A DNA stretch of 64,000 nt from Candidatus Binatia bacterium (GTDB lineage Bacteria; Desulfobacterota; Binatia; Bin18). The notes under the pieces are model-generated. The model did no database searches, was not told the origin of the DNA, and saw only the letters and a list, made by a program, of their open reading frames with translations. A program made the translations under genes and the position numbers. The DNA is taken from NCBI GenBank assembly GCA_963664395.2, contig OY761159.2, forward strand, positions 1 through 64,000, in the 5' to 3' direction. Position 1 is the stretch's first letter. Every line of letters begins with the position of its first letter. Shown piece by piece: positions 10,155 to 19,404 of the stretch.

Positions 10155-10337
10155 CTACTTCTGCATCTCTCTGAGGACCTCGTCGGCGCGACCTTCTTCA
10201 ATCAGTTGGTCATTCTTACGCGCTTCGCGAAAGGCCAGCCAGGTAAAGTAGAAGATTAAAAACATTAAGCCAACGATGGGGATATTATCGGGCTTGAGAA
10301 TGATTTCTAAAAATTGATCCCAACCTGTTTTATGCAT
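10155..10337 (-). CDS. Small single-TM membrane protein (KPDNIPIV motif)
   Basis: 60 aa with one hydrophobic helix; its stop lies 13 bp before the ferredoxin start, suggesting co-transcription. Confidence 0.65.
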   Translation of the reverse strand: MHKTGWDQFLEIILKPDNIPIVGLMFLIFYFTWLAFREARKNDQLIEEGRADEVLREMQK

Positions 10338-10485
10338 AATTAAGTAGAAGGATTATCGGCTCCTCGATTCATTGTCAATATCGAATGGACTCCGCTTTGG
10401 AATATCTTTCTACATCTTTATTGCCCCAGACAGAGCACGTGAAATTCCTCCTTATTTACACGCATTCAGCGCAGTAGCCCTCCCC

Positions 10486-10513
10486 TTGCGGTAGTCCTGC
10501 TTTCCGGTATAAA
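10486..10513 (+). promoter_or_regulatory. Candidate sigma70 promoter for the cox cluster
   Basis: TTGCGG-N16-TATAAA about 40 bp upstream of coxB. Confidence 0.4.
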
Positions 10514-10552
10514 AAGGAACGATTCTTCAGACATAAGGGGCTAAGAAATCTC

Positions 10553-11389
10553 ATGATGCAATGGCTTCCGGAGGACGTATCCCCATACGGGGGAAGCATT
10601 GATTCGCTCTTCTACTTTATTTATTACATCACCGCAGCCGCCTTTATTCTGGTCACTGCGTTGATGATTATCTTCCTCTACAAATATCGACGAGATGACA
10701 GCCGTCGAGCCGTCTACACGCATGGGCACTCCGGCTTGGAACTCGTCTGGACTATTATTCCCGCCTTGGTCTTTATTGGTCTTGGACTCGCCAGCAAGGC
10801 GACCTGGGAAAAAATCAAGATCGAGGTTCCGGAAACGGACGTAGAAATCCGCATAACAGGGAAACAGTTCAACTGGGAGGTTCTCTATCCGGGTCCTGAC
10901 GGAGAATTTGAAACCGCCGACGACTATCAAGTTGACAACGACATGCATGTCCCTGTTCGCACGCCGGTTCGTGTTTTTTTGGGCTCCAAAGATGTCATCC
11001 ACAGTCTCTTTATGCCGAACCTGCGTTTCAAGCAGGATATGCTGCCCGGCCGGCAAATCGAAGCCTGGTTCCAGGCAGATAAGCCCGGCGCATATGAGGC
11101 GCCCTGCGCGGAATTGTGCGGATTCGGTCATTCAGGCATGAAAGGGATGCTCTACGTCGATACTCCAGAAGACTACGCCGCCTGGTATGATAAGCGCTGG
11201 CCGCCTGCCGAAACAAACGGCAGCGACGCCAGCGCGGCAGAAACAACCGAGGAAGTCTTGGCGAGCGGTGCAGTCATGGATGCCGAGACTATGCCCGAGG
11301 CAGAGGCTGAACCGGCGGCAACGGAGGAAGAAGCCGCAAGTGCCGAGGACGTTCCGGCTGACAGCGCCGCTCAAGAAGCAACCGAGTAA
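10553..11389 (+). CDS. coxB: Cytochrome c oxidase subunit II
   Basis: LELVWTIIP, GKQFNW, DVIHS, CuA motif CAELCGFGHSGM. It has an acidic low-complexity tail and no fused cytochrome c. Confidence 0.95.
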   Translation: MMQWLPEDVSPYGGSIDSLFYFIYYITAAAFILVTALMIIFLYKYRRDDSRRAVYTHGHSGLELVWTIIPALVFIGLGLASKATWEKIKIEVPETDVEIRITGKQFNWEVLYPGPDGEFETADDYQVDNDMHVPVRTPVRVFLGSKDVIHSLFMPNLRFKQDMLPGRQIEAWFQADKPGAYEAPCAELCGFGHSGMKGMLYVDTPEDYAAWYDKRWPPAETNGSDASAAETTEEVLASGAVMDAETMPEAEAEPAATEEEAASAEDVPADSAAQEATE

Positions 11390-11452
11390 TCGAGCCCGAA
11401 TGGTGGGAGCGCACACACAGCATCCGGCCAGGATCAAAACAGGAGAGAGTCA

Positions 11453-13306
11453 ATGAGTGAAGCAGGAGCAACTGCCGCCCACGACGCCCACGCAGAGCAT
11501 CACGAGCTCGGGTTTATTCGCACCTATATTTTCTCGACCGACCACAAGATGATCGGTCGCCAGTTTCTGTTCGCCAGCATCCTCATGCTCGTGGTCGGTG
11601 GTCTATTGGCCATGATGATGCGCTGGGAACTCGCCTGGCCGGAGACGGCGGTGCCTTTTACCAGTTGGATATCCGAGCCCTTTATGTATCCTGCGGACGA
11701 AGACAGCACGGTCGGCGCGGTCGAGGACCTGAGCGAATTCGTTGACCCCTATCCGGGCGCAAACTTTGCCAAGTCCCTGGGCTCCGTGGCCGGGGCGCAT
11801 ATGGACCCGGCCTTCTACAACTCCGTTTTTACCATGCACGCCACGATTATGATCTTTTTTGTCGTGATGCCGTTTATGATCGGCGGGTTTGGGAATTTCC
11901 TTATTCCGCTGATGATCGGCGCCGGCGACATGGCTTTTCCCGTGTTGAATATGCTGTCTTTCTGGACGGCGGTCCCGGCCACGATCATGATCGTGTACAG
12001 CTTCTTTGTCGAAGGTGGCGCCGCGGCCGGCGGCTGGACCATGTATGCCACCCTCTCGGCAGACCCCACCCTGAGCGGGGTCGATACGGGTGCCGATCTA
12101 TGGGTCATCAGCCTGCTGGTCCTGGGTGTTTCTTCTCTCATGGGGGCGATCAACTACATCACCACCGTCGTGAATATGCGCGCCCCAGGCATGACCTGGT
12201 TCCGCCTGCCGCTGGTGATCTGGTCGTTATTCGTCACCGCCATTCTGCTGCTGCTGGCCCTGCCGGTCCTGACGGCCGCCCTGGGCATGCTGCTCTTTGA
12301 CCGGACGATGGGAACGAGCTTCTTTATGCCGGGCGGTGGAGGCGAGCCGATTTTATGGCAGCATTTGTTCTGGTTCTTCGGTCATCCCGAGGTATATGTT
12401 CTGGTGCTACCGGCCATGGGCGTCACGTCTGATATCCTGTCCACCTTTTCCCGCAAACCGATCTTCGGCTATAAAGCCATGGCCTTTTCCATGATTGCCC
12501 TGGCCTTTCTGTCGTGGATCGTCTGGGGACACCATATGTTTGTCAGCGGCATGAATCCCGTCCTTGGGACAGCCTTTATGCTGACAACGATGGTCATTGC
12601 CGTGCCCTCTGCCATTAAGACGTTTAATTGGCTGGGGACCCTCTGGGGCGGAAATATCCGTTTCACCAGCCCGATGCTCTTCGCCCTGGGTTTTGTTTCC
12701 AACTTTGTCATTGGAGGATTAAGCGGCATTTACATGGCCTCCACGCCGGTCGATATCTTCATCCACGACACCTATTTTATCGTGGCCCACTTTCACTATG
12801 TGGTAGCCGGCATCATCTTTGGAATGTTTGCCGCCTTGTACTATTGGTTCCCCAAAATATTTGGCCGCATGATGAACGAAACATTGGGGAAAGTTCACTT
12901 TGCCCTGACCTATATCTTCTTCAACTGTGCTTTTTTTCCCATGCATTTCCTGGGTGTGGCCGGCCATATGCGGCGCATCTATAATCCGCTGCAATATGAA
13001 TTTCTGCACGACATGCAGTGGTGGAATGTTTTCATCACAATGAGCGCCTTTTGTCTGGGTGCCTCTCAGCTTGTCTTTTTCACAAACTTCATTTGGAGCC
13101 TGATTGCCGGGAAAAAAGCAGACAAGAATCCATGGGAAGCCAATACTCTCGAATGGACAGCCCCTTCTCCTCCGGGCCACGGCAACTTTGAGACAACGCC
13201 AACGGTCTATCGTGGTCCCTACGAATATAGTTCGCCGCTGGTCAAAGAAGATTGGCTGGCCCAGGACCGTAAACTCGGACCCGAAGCAGTAACGGCATCA
13301 CCCTAG
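11453..13306 (+). CDS. coxA: Cytochrome c oxidase subunit I (type A1)
   Basis: STDHKMIG, TMHAT, GDMAFP, WFFGHPEVY, WGHHM, VPSAIK, VAHFHYV. Confidence 0.97.
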   Translation: MSEAGATAAHDAHAEHHELGFIRTYIFSTDHKMIGRQFLFASILMLVVGGLLAMMMRWELAWPETAVPFTSWISEPFMYPADEDSTVGAVEDLSEFVDPYPGANFAKSLGSVAGAHMDPAFYNSVFTMHATIMIFFVVMPFMIGGFGNFLIPLMIGAGDMAFPVLNMLSFWTAVPATIMIVYSFFVEGGAAAGGWTMYATLSADPTLSGVDTGADLWVISLLVLGVSSLMGAINYITTVVNMRAPGMTWFRLPLVIWSLFVTAILLLLALPVLTAALGMLLFDRTMGTSFFMPGGGGEPILWQHLFWFFGHPEVYVLVLPAMGVTSDILSTFSRKPIFGYKAMAFSMIALAFLSWIVWGHHMFVSGMNPVLGTAFMLTTMVIAVPSAIKTFNWLGTLWGGNIRFTSPMLFALGFVSNFVIGGLSGIYMASTPVDIFIHDTYFIVAHFHYVVAGIIFGMFAALYYWFPKIFGRMMNETLGKVHFALTYIFFNCAFFPMHFLGVAGHMRRIYNPLQYEFLHDMQWWNVFITMSAFCLGASQLVFFTNFIWSLIAGKKADKNPWEANTLEWTAPSPPGHGNFETTPTVYRGPYEYSSPLVKEDWLAQDRKLGPEAVTASP

Positions 13307-13473
13307 CGCAGCGTGAGTCTATGCGTTCGGCTCTATACCCCTTGCCGGTCGTTCCCTTCGTTCCCTGTTATACTTGGGAGAGCGCGACCGGGATTTTATT
13401 CATTCATCACCAAAAAAGCTTGACCGAATAGCAGAAACTCTTTTCCTCGTCTGTTTTCATACAGGAGACTGTC

Positions 13474-14382
13474 TTGGCTTCTCTTGCCCACGACTCTGCC
13501 TGGCCTCACCGGATTGCGGTATTGACAACAGCTATGACCCTACCGCTGCTTTTTTTTGGTGGGCTGGTAACCAGCCTTAAAGTCGGCATGGTTGTGCCTG
13601 ATTGGCCGACGACATTTGGCCATAATATGTTCTTGTATCCATGGTCAAAGATGGTCGGCGGGATATTCTACGAGCATAGTCACCGGCTGCTGGGTTCGGC
13701 TGTTGGCTTGCTCACGATTGTGCTGGCAGTTGTGCTCTGGTTAAAAGAGCAACGCCAGTGGCTACGCCGGTTGGGTCTTGTTGCCTTGGTCGCGGTTGCT
13801 GTCCAAGGTGTCCTGGGGGGACTTCGCGTGGTGTTGATTGAGCAAAAAATCGCAATTATTCATGCCTGCGTGGCGCAGGCGTTTTTTGCGCTCATTGCCA
13901 GCATTAGCCTTTTTACCTCTGCGGAATGGCGAGCAGGCCAACCCTCAGGCGAAACGAAGAAAGCGCAGCAGCTCGGTCTCCTCACGGTGGGCTTGATCTA
14001 CGGGCAGCTTATTCTAGGCGCGCTCTTCCGCCATACCGGAACTGGACTGAGTCTACATATCTTGGGGGCCGTTGCAGTCTTTATCGTCGCCTTCCTCCTC
14101 CTTGATCATGTCCAGCAATACCACGCCACCCAGCATCCTTTGCTTCGCTCAGGAGTCATGCTACGTCGGCTACTCCTCATACAAGTCGGACTTGGCCTCT
14201 GTACCTATGTCATGAAATACCTTACCCCAAACGGACCCTTGACACCTCAGGCAGTGCTCCTCGCAACCAGTCATGTCATCGTTGGAGCATTTATGCTGGC
14301 CACAAGTGTACGCTTTACCCTCTGGGCCCATCGTATAGGGCGCAGCCCTCAGGAAGCAGCGGCGCATACTTTTTCGGAGTAG
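13474..14382 (+). CDS. ctaA: Heme A synthase (COX15/CtaA family)
   Basis: AGGAG then TTG start. Motifs VPDWP, EHSHR, QGVLGGLRV, and conserved His residues in TM helices. Confidence 0.88.
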   Translation: MASLAHDSAWPHRIAVLTTAMTLPLLFFGGLVTSLKVGMVVPDWPTTFGHNMFLYPWSKMVGGIFYEHSHRLLGSAVGLLTIVLAVVLWLKEQRQWLRRLGLVALVAVAVQGVLGGLRVVLIEQKIAIIHACVAQAFFALIASISLFTSAEWRAGQPSGETKKAQQLGLLTVGLIYGQLILGALFRHTGTGLSLHILGAVAVFIVAFLLLDHVQQYHATQHPLLRSGVMLRRLLLIQVGLGLCTYVMKYLTPNGPLTPQAVLLATSHVIVGAFMLATSVRFTLWAHRIGRSPQEAAAHTFSE

Positions 14383-14390
14383 GTCACCGT

Positions 14391-15296
14391 ATGATACAGC
14401 GAACACAGACTGTCGCATTCGATCTGCCGCGCACATGGCGCGGGATGGCCGCCTTTGTCGAGCTGACCAAGCCACGCCTGGTCAGTATGATCCTGGTCAC
14501 AACAACTGTGGGCTTTTATCTGGGCTCTTGGCCCGTACTCAACTACACGCTTCTCTTGCATACCCTGATTGGAACAGCCCTCGCTGGCGGCGGCACCCTG
14601 GCACTCAACCAACTCATGGAATGTGAAGCTGACGCCTTGATGGAACGGACCAAAACACGTCCGTTGCCTGACGGCCGCCTTCAACCTCTCGATGCCTTAG
14701 TCTTTGGCGCAACTCTCACTATTCTCGGCCTCCTCTACCTCATGTTGAGAGTGAATCCGTTGAGTGCCCTGGTCACTGCCTGTATCACCATTAGCTATTT
14801 ATTCGCCTACACGCCGTTAAAGAAGAAGACCGCTTTGTGCGGTATTGTGGGCGCCCTGCCTGGCGCGCTGCCCCCAGTCATTGGCTGGGTCGCTGTCAAT
14901 GAGACGCTGGGGATCCAAGCCTGGATTTTATTCTCCATTATGTTTTTGTGGCAAATGCCCCATTCGCTCGCTATCGCGTGGCTCTATCGAGAGGATTATG
15001 CCCGTGCCGGCTTTCAGCTACTGCCAGTGGTTGAGCCGGATGGGAAAAGTACAGGACGCCAGGTAGTGACCAACTGTCTGGCTCTGTTAGCAGCCGGCCT
15101 CCTGCCGACGTTGGTCGGTATGGCCGGCCCGCGCTACTTTATCATTGCGTTTGGGCTGGGCTGTCTGTTTCTGTGGTATGGTATTCGTTTGGCGCGAACA
15201 CGTTCGCGCGCCTCTGCCCGTCAGCTCATGTTTGCTTCACTCGTCTATTTGCCGGTCTTGCTGACTGCCATGGCTCTCGATAAGCTCCCGCTATAA
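14391..15296 (+). CDS. ctaB: Protoheme IX farnesyltransferase (heme O synthase)
   Basis: LTKPRL, DALMERTKTRPLP, YTPLKK, GALPPVIGW, WQMPH, YREDYARAG. Confidence 0.95.
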   Translation: MIQRTQTVAFDLPRTWRGMAAFVELTKPRLVSMILVTTTVGFYLGSWPVLNYTLLLHTLIGTALAGGGTLALNQLMECEADALMERTKTRPLPDGRLQPLDALVFGATLTILGLLYLMLRVNPLSALVTACITISYLFAYTPLKKKTALCGIVGALPGALPPVIGWVAVNETLGIQAWILFSIMFLWQMPHSLAIAWLYREDYARAGFQLLPVVEPDGKSTGRQVVTNCLALLAAGLLPTLVGMAGPRYFIIAFGLGCLFLWYGIRLARTRSRASARQLMFASLVYLPVLLTAMALDKLPL

Positions 15297-15464
15297 GCAT
15301 TCTCTGAAAACGGGATACGCCAATGCCACTAGTTACACGCGTCGAGCGACAGGAAAAAAATTTCTCGCTCGGTAAGAAACTCGCGTTTTTTATCGTGCTG
15401 TACACTGCCGCAACTACATGTTTTATCATTTTTGCGTAGCCTGTTCCTGAGAGAGGCAGCGCTT

Positions 15465-16136
15465 ATGCCACGTGGATCAATAGTCATAGCCGAACTTCCG
15501 GCTGCACGTCCCTCATCGCCCCACGCAACCAAAGAAGCCCTGGTAGCCGTACCCGGCTACGGCGGTGGCCAACCTCCGCCCGGCATACCGCCGGTCAGTA
15601 ATGCCTGCATGGGCATGCTTATGCTCATTGGCGCTGAGACCATGTTTTTTGCTGGATTGATTGGCGCCTACGTTGTCTTTCGTTTTGGCAGCCCGGTTTG
15701 GCCGTCAGGCCATTTATATCTCCCAGTCGGCATCACCTGGGTGAATACCGTTTTTCTGCTGTTCAGTTGTTATACCATGTTGAGGGCAATGCGCTGTCTG
15801 AAAGCCGGCCGACAGCAATCGTTTGTGCGGTGGCTTGCTGTTACGGCCCTCCTTGGGAGTATCTTTCTTGGTGTACAAGGCTCTGAATGGCTGAATCTGG
15901 TCCACGACGGACTCACAATTTCAACAGGCATGTATGGCGCGACCTTTTATACGCTGATCGGCTGCCATGGCTTGCATGTCCTTGTTGCCGTCCTCTGGCT
16001 CTGCATTGTTTTGTTTCAGGCCAGACACGGAAGATTCTCTCAGCAGAACCATATCGGTGTCGAAATATGTAGCATGTATTGGTATTACGTTGGCGCCGTC
16101 TGGGTGGTACTTTTCCCGCTGGTGTATTTGAATTAA
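15465..16136 (+). CDS. coxC: Cytochrome c oxidase subunit III (first paralogue)
   Basis: AETMFFAGL, FLGVQGSEW, FYTLIGCHGLHV, MYWYYV. GAGG precedes the ATG at 15465. Confidence 0.88.
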   Translation: MPRGSIVIAELPAARPSSPHATKEALVAVPGYGGGQPPPGIPPVSNACMGMLMLIGAETMFFAGLIGAYVVFRFGSPVWPSGHLYLPVGITWVNTVFLLFSCYTMLRAMRCLKAGRQQSFVRWLAVTALLGSIFLGVQGSEWLNLVHDGLTISTGMYGATFYTLIGCHGLHVLVAVLWLCIVLFQARHGRFSQQNHIGVEICSMYWYYVGAVWVVLFPLVYLN

Positions 16137-16145
16137 AAAGGGTGT

Positions 16146-16475
16146 ATGAGCGCTCGACTTCTCTCTTCTGCGTCTCGCCTTTTTGGTGTTTCTGCTACGG
16201 TCCTCCTGGCGGCATATTGCGTTGGTATTGCCCCTCAGGAGGCCCTAGCGCAAGGGTGCGCAATGTGCCAGACTCTCTTATCCGGCGCGAATGAGCAGGT
16301 GATGCAAGGCATGTTACGCAGTGCCTTTTTTCTGATGACTATGCCCTTCGTCGTCTTCGGCCTCATTGGCGGCTGGATCTTCTATCGCTATTGGAAAACA
16401 AATCGCTCGCATCGAGCAGAGGGAACGATGCAACCTCTTCAGGTATTATCGGCCCCAAAGGAGGAGCAACCTTGA
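16146..16475 (+). CDS. Small membrane protein with AQGCAMC motif inside the cox cluster
   Basis: Signal-like N-terminus, CxxC, one C-terminal TM helix; overlaps the next gene's start. Confidence 0.65.
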   Translation: MSARLLSSASRLFGVSATVLLAAYCVGIAPQEALAQGCAMCQTLLSGANEQVMQGMLRSAFFLMTMPFVVFGLIGGWIFYRYWKTNRSHRAEGTMQPLQVLSAPKEEQP

Positions 16476-17101
16476 GCGAAGCTGCTATTGATTCTCACGC
16501 CCACGCCGCTGCCCAGCAGCCTGCAGAGTCGCCAGTCACCCCGGAGAGTTGGGGCAAACTGGGTATGTGGGTTTTTCTAGCGGCTGACGCCATGTCTTTT
16601 GGTGGACTGTTAGCTGGGTATGGAGCCATGCGCGCGAGCAGTCCGGACTGGCCCAATCCGCTCGAGACCCTCGGTATCCAGCTGACTGCACTGATGACCT
16701 TTCTGCTCATTCTCAGTAGTTTTACCATGGTCAAGGCCTTGTCGGCAGCCAAACACAGCGACCTGCCGAACTTTCGTAAGTTCCTCTTACTGACCATTAT
16801 TGGCGGCACCGTCTTTTTGGGACTCCAAGCCTACGAATGGACTCATCTGACCCATATCGGTATGACCATGAATGGCAACCCGTGGGGAGCCCCGCTATTT
16901 GGCACGACCTTCTATATTTTGACCGGCTTCCACGGCTGCCATGTTTTCGGCGGTGTGGTGTATCTATCGTGCGTACTCTTGGGTGGTCTGGATGGAAAAT
17001 TTTCAGGCGAAAACTCCAGCCCAGTAGAAATTGTCGGCCTATACTGGCACTTCGTGGATTTGGTCTGGATCTTGGTTTTTACTTTTGTATACCTGCTGTA
17101 G
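16472..17101 (+). CDS. coxC: Cytochrome c oxidase subunit III (second paralogue)
   Basis: GGAGGAG then TTG at 16472. Motifs KLGMWVFL, QAYEW, TGFHGCHV, GLYWHFVDLVW. Confidence 0.9.
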   Translation: MSEAAIDSHAHAAAQQPAESPVTPESWGKLGMWVFLAADAMSFGGLLAGYGAMRASSPDWPNPLETLGIQLTALMTFLLILSSFTMVKALSAAKHSDLPNFRKFLLLTIIGGTVFLGLQAYEWTHLTHIGMTMNGNPWGAPLFGTTFYILTGFHGCHVFGGVVYLSCVLLGGLDGKFSGENSSPVEIVGLYWHFVDLVWILVFTFVYLL

Positions 17102-17112
17102 AGGGAGACGCG

Positions 17113-17460
17113 ATGGCAAACGAACATGCTGCACATGCTGACCACGCCGAACCAAATTATTTCGCCATCATGGTGGCTCTCACCATTTTGACCATTCTCG
17201 AACTCATGGTTCCTCCCCTGGTCTCCGCCAAACTCATGGCCGGGTCTCTGCTTATCACGCTCGCTGTTGTCAAAGCCCTCCTCGTTGCGCTGTATTTTAT
17301 GCACCTGCGCTTTGAGCGCCCAACGCTCGGTGTGATTGCCCTGACACCCATGCTGATTTGTATCTTTTTAATTATCATGCTCCTACCAGACCTGACCTCA
17401 ACCACCAGGACGTATACGCCAGCCGAGACGACCGAGGTAAGCGAAGCGGCCCACCACTAA
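17113..17460 (+). CDS. coxD: Cytochrome c oxidase subunit IV family protein
   Basis: GGGAG RBS. LTILE...KALLVALYFMHLRFE is the prokaryotic COX4 signature. Confidence 0.88.
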   Translation: MANEHAAHADHAEPNYFAIMVALTILTILELMVPPLVSAKLMAGSLLITLAVVKALLVALYFMHLRFERPTLGVIALTPMLICIFLIIMLLPDLTSTTRTYTPAETTEVSEAAHH

Positions 17461-17470
17461 TCTTTGGTGA

Positions 17471-18136
17471 ATGACAGACTCTCAAGCGCCTCCCTCGTAT
17501 CCCATATTGCAACGTATTATCTGGGGTGTGCTGGGTCTTGTTCTTACCTTCGTCGTCGGCTACGGCGTCTTCTCTCTCCTCTCAGACTCTTCTGAGTCTT
17601 TTCCATCCGGGAAACTTCCCATCCTGGGAATAGTACCAGCCTTTTCGCTGATAGAGCGGACGCAACAGCCGTTTACTCACACGGACCTGACTGGCTCCAT
17701 ATGGGTAGCCGACTTCATCTTCACCCACTGCCCGGGCATATGTCCACTCCTCAGCCAGCGTATGTCACGGCTGCAAACGACCCTGCGTACCAAGCCTGTC
17801 CGCTTTATTTCCTTTAGTGTCGACCCAGAACGAGATACGCCTGAGGTGCTGCAAGGCTATGCGCAACGATACCACGCAGACGGCCAGCGTTGGATATTCC
17901 TTACTGGCGAACGAGCGGCCATGTATCCGTTAATCCAGAACGGCTTCCAGCTTAGTGTAGAAGCCCTCGCTCCTGACGATCCCCGCCTGACTACCGGCGA
18001 GCCAATCGTGCATAGCAACCGTTTCGTTCTGATTGACTCCCAACGGCGCATACGCGGCTATTATCGGGGAGATGACACGGAATCTATGGCCCAGCTTCTC
18101 CGAGATATTAAAACGCTCATGCAGGAAGGATCATAG
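17471..18136 (+). CDS. SCO1/SenC copper chaperone
   Basis: N-terminal TM, FIFTHCPGICP (CxxxC), SVDPERDTP, HSNRFVLID. Confidence 0.92.
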   Translation: MTDSQAPPSYPILQRIIWGVLGLVLTFVVGYGVFSLLSDSSESFPSGKLPILGIVPAFSLIERTQQPFTHTDLTGSIWVADFIFTHCPGICPLLSQRMSRLQTTLRTKPVRFISFSVDPERDTPEVLQGYAQRYHADGQRWIFLTGERAAMYPLIQNGFQLSVEALAPDDPRLTTGEPIVHSNRFVLIDSQRRIRGYYRGDDTESMAQLLRDIKTLMQEGS

Positions 18137-18251
18137 CCTGTTTGATAGGTTCTCTCGGCACTCGCGTCTATCTCCTCGCGCAGCGTAGCCGCACCTCTCT
18201 TGACCCGACCGGCAAGAATGTCCTACTTTTAGGGGGGTTCGAGTGAATAGT

Positions 18252-18749
18252 ATGCGATTTATAGCGCTCCCCCTTCTCTGCCTAGGTGTCGCCTTGTTTT
18301 TCCGAACGTCAGAGCATGACACTGTTGAACTCGGACAAAAACCCGAGTTTAGAACCTCAGCGGTAACGCTGTACGATACCTTTCACGACGATCGTGCCGG
18401 CGCGGACAAAAAGTATCGGGATAAGGTCATCCAGGTGTCGGGCCAAGTCACTCGTATTGAGCAAGATCTTTCAGGACAAGTGGCCATTATTTTACAAGGA
18501 AGTCCGGCGCGACTCAGTGGCGTCGAGTGCCTGATTCACCCATCACAGATTCAGCAAATCCAACAACTCCGATCCGGCCAGCACGTTATTGTTAAAGGCT
18601 ATGGAGCTGGGAAAAAAGTTCATGTCCGGCTGAGGGGCTGCCTGCTTGTCCATACGCTCTCGGCGTCTGCTGTCGAGACATCCACATCTCGGTTGTCGAT
18701 TGTCGCCTGTCACCATGGACCTGGAGTCATACGGAGGATGCATGCATGA
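18252..18749 (+). CDS. Exported OB-fold protein (tRNA_anti-like family)
   Basis: ADKKYRDKVIQVSGQVTRI...LRSGQHVIVKG...LRGC pattern after a hydrophobic N-terminus. Confidence 0.65.
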   Translation: MRFIALPLLCLGVALFFRTSEHDTVELGQKPEFRTSAVTLYDTFHDDRAGADKKYRDKVIQVSGQVTRIEQDLSGQVAIILQGSPARLSGVECLIHPSQIQQIQQLRSGQHVIVKGYGAGKKVHVRLRGCLLVHTLSASAVETSTSRLSIVACHHGPGVIRRMHA

Positions 18750-19123
18750 ATACACTGCTCAGTGCGATTACTCTCATACTCTTCTTTGCGTCGAACGGCT
18801 TTGCCCAGTCGCTCTATTCTATTCGTCCGGACTCTTCAGGTTCATTCCTTGATGGAGAACCAGGGTTGGAAGACAGCCTCGAAGGGGAATCTGAGAATGC
18901 AACCGGCAGCCCGGACGAGATTTCAGAACTCCGTATGCGCTACCCCGAGTTGTATGGAGGCAATCTGGCAGCAGGCAACGATGCCGGGGACGATGAGGGT
19001 GCAACCGGAAACAGCTTAGGTGAGGGTTTAGAAATGCAAACCCGTTACCCTGAGTTATACCTCAACAACCGGCTGTATGATGAAGACGCAGTGTTATCGA
19101 TTGGGAAAGGGGAACAGGAGTAA
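18746..19123 (+). CDS. Hypothetical secreted acidic protein with two RYPELY motifs
   Basis: ATGA overlap with the upstream gene, GGAGG RBS, signal peptide ending GFA-Q. Confidence 0.6.
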   Translation: MNTLLSAITLILFFASNGFAQSLYSIRPDSSGSFLDGEPGLEDSLEGESENATGSPDEISELRMRYPELYGGNLAAGNDAGDDEGATGNSLGEGLEMQTRYPELYLNNRLYDEDAVLSIGKGEQE

Positions 19124-19213
19124 CCCACCTCCCATCGTTGTTGCGTACGCGCGGCCAAAGAGCGTCCGCAGAAACATTGCTTCTCCCCTCGTATGTGATA
19201 CTTTGTCAGCCGT

Positions 19214-19285
19214 GCCCCCGTGGTGAAATGGATATCACACAGGTCTCCGGAACCTGGGGTCTGGGTTCGATCCCCGGCGGGGGTA
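19214..19285 (+). tRNA. tRNA-Arg (anticodon CCG), CCA not encoded
   Basis: Acceptor stem GCCCCCG/CGGGGGT, anticodon arm CAGGT-CTCCGGA-ACCTG, T arm CTGGG-TTCGATC-CCCGG. Confidence 0.95.
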
Positions 19286-19404
19286 GTCCTTCCACTCTCT
19301 ACATCGAGCCGACTCGTCACGCTCCACAAAAAGGTTTGTAATCTGAAGTAAAGTGGGCTAGAAGCAGAGTAAAGTATACGTACGTGTGCAAGGAGGGACG
19401 CGCA

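Noticed and set aside
19214-19285. tRNA-Arg as the integration site for the R-M island
   Set aside because: There is no integrase, I saw no duplicated tRNA 3' end, and three metabolic genes separate the tRNA from hsdM.
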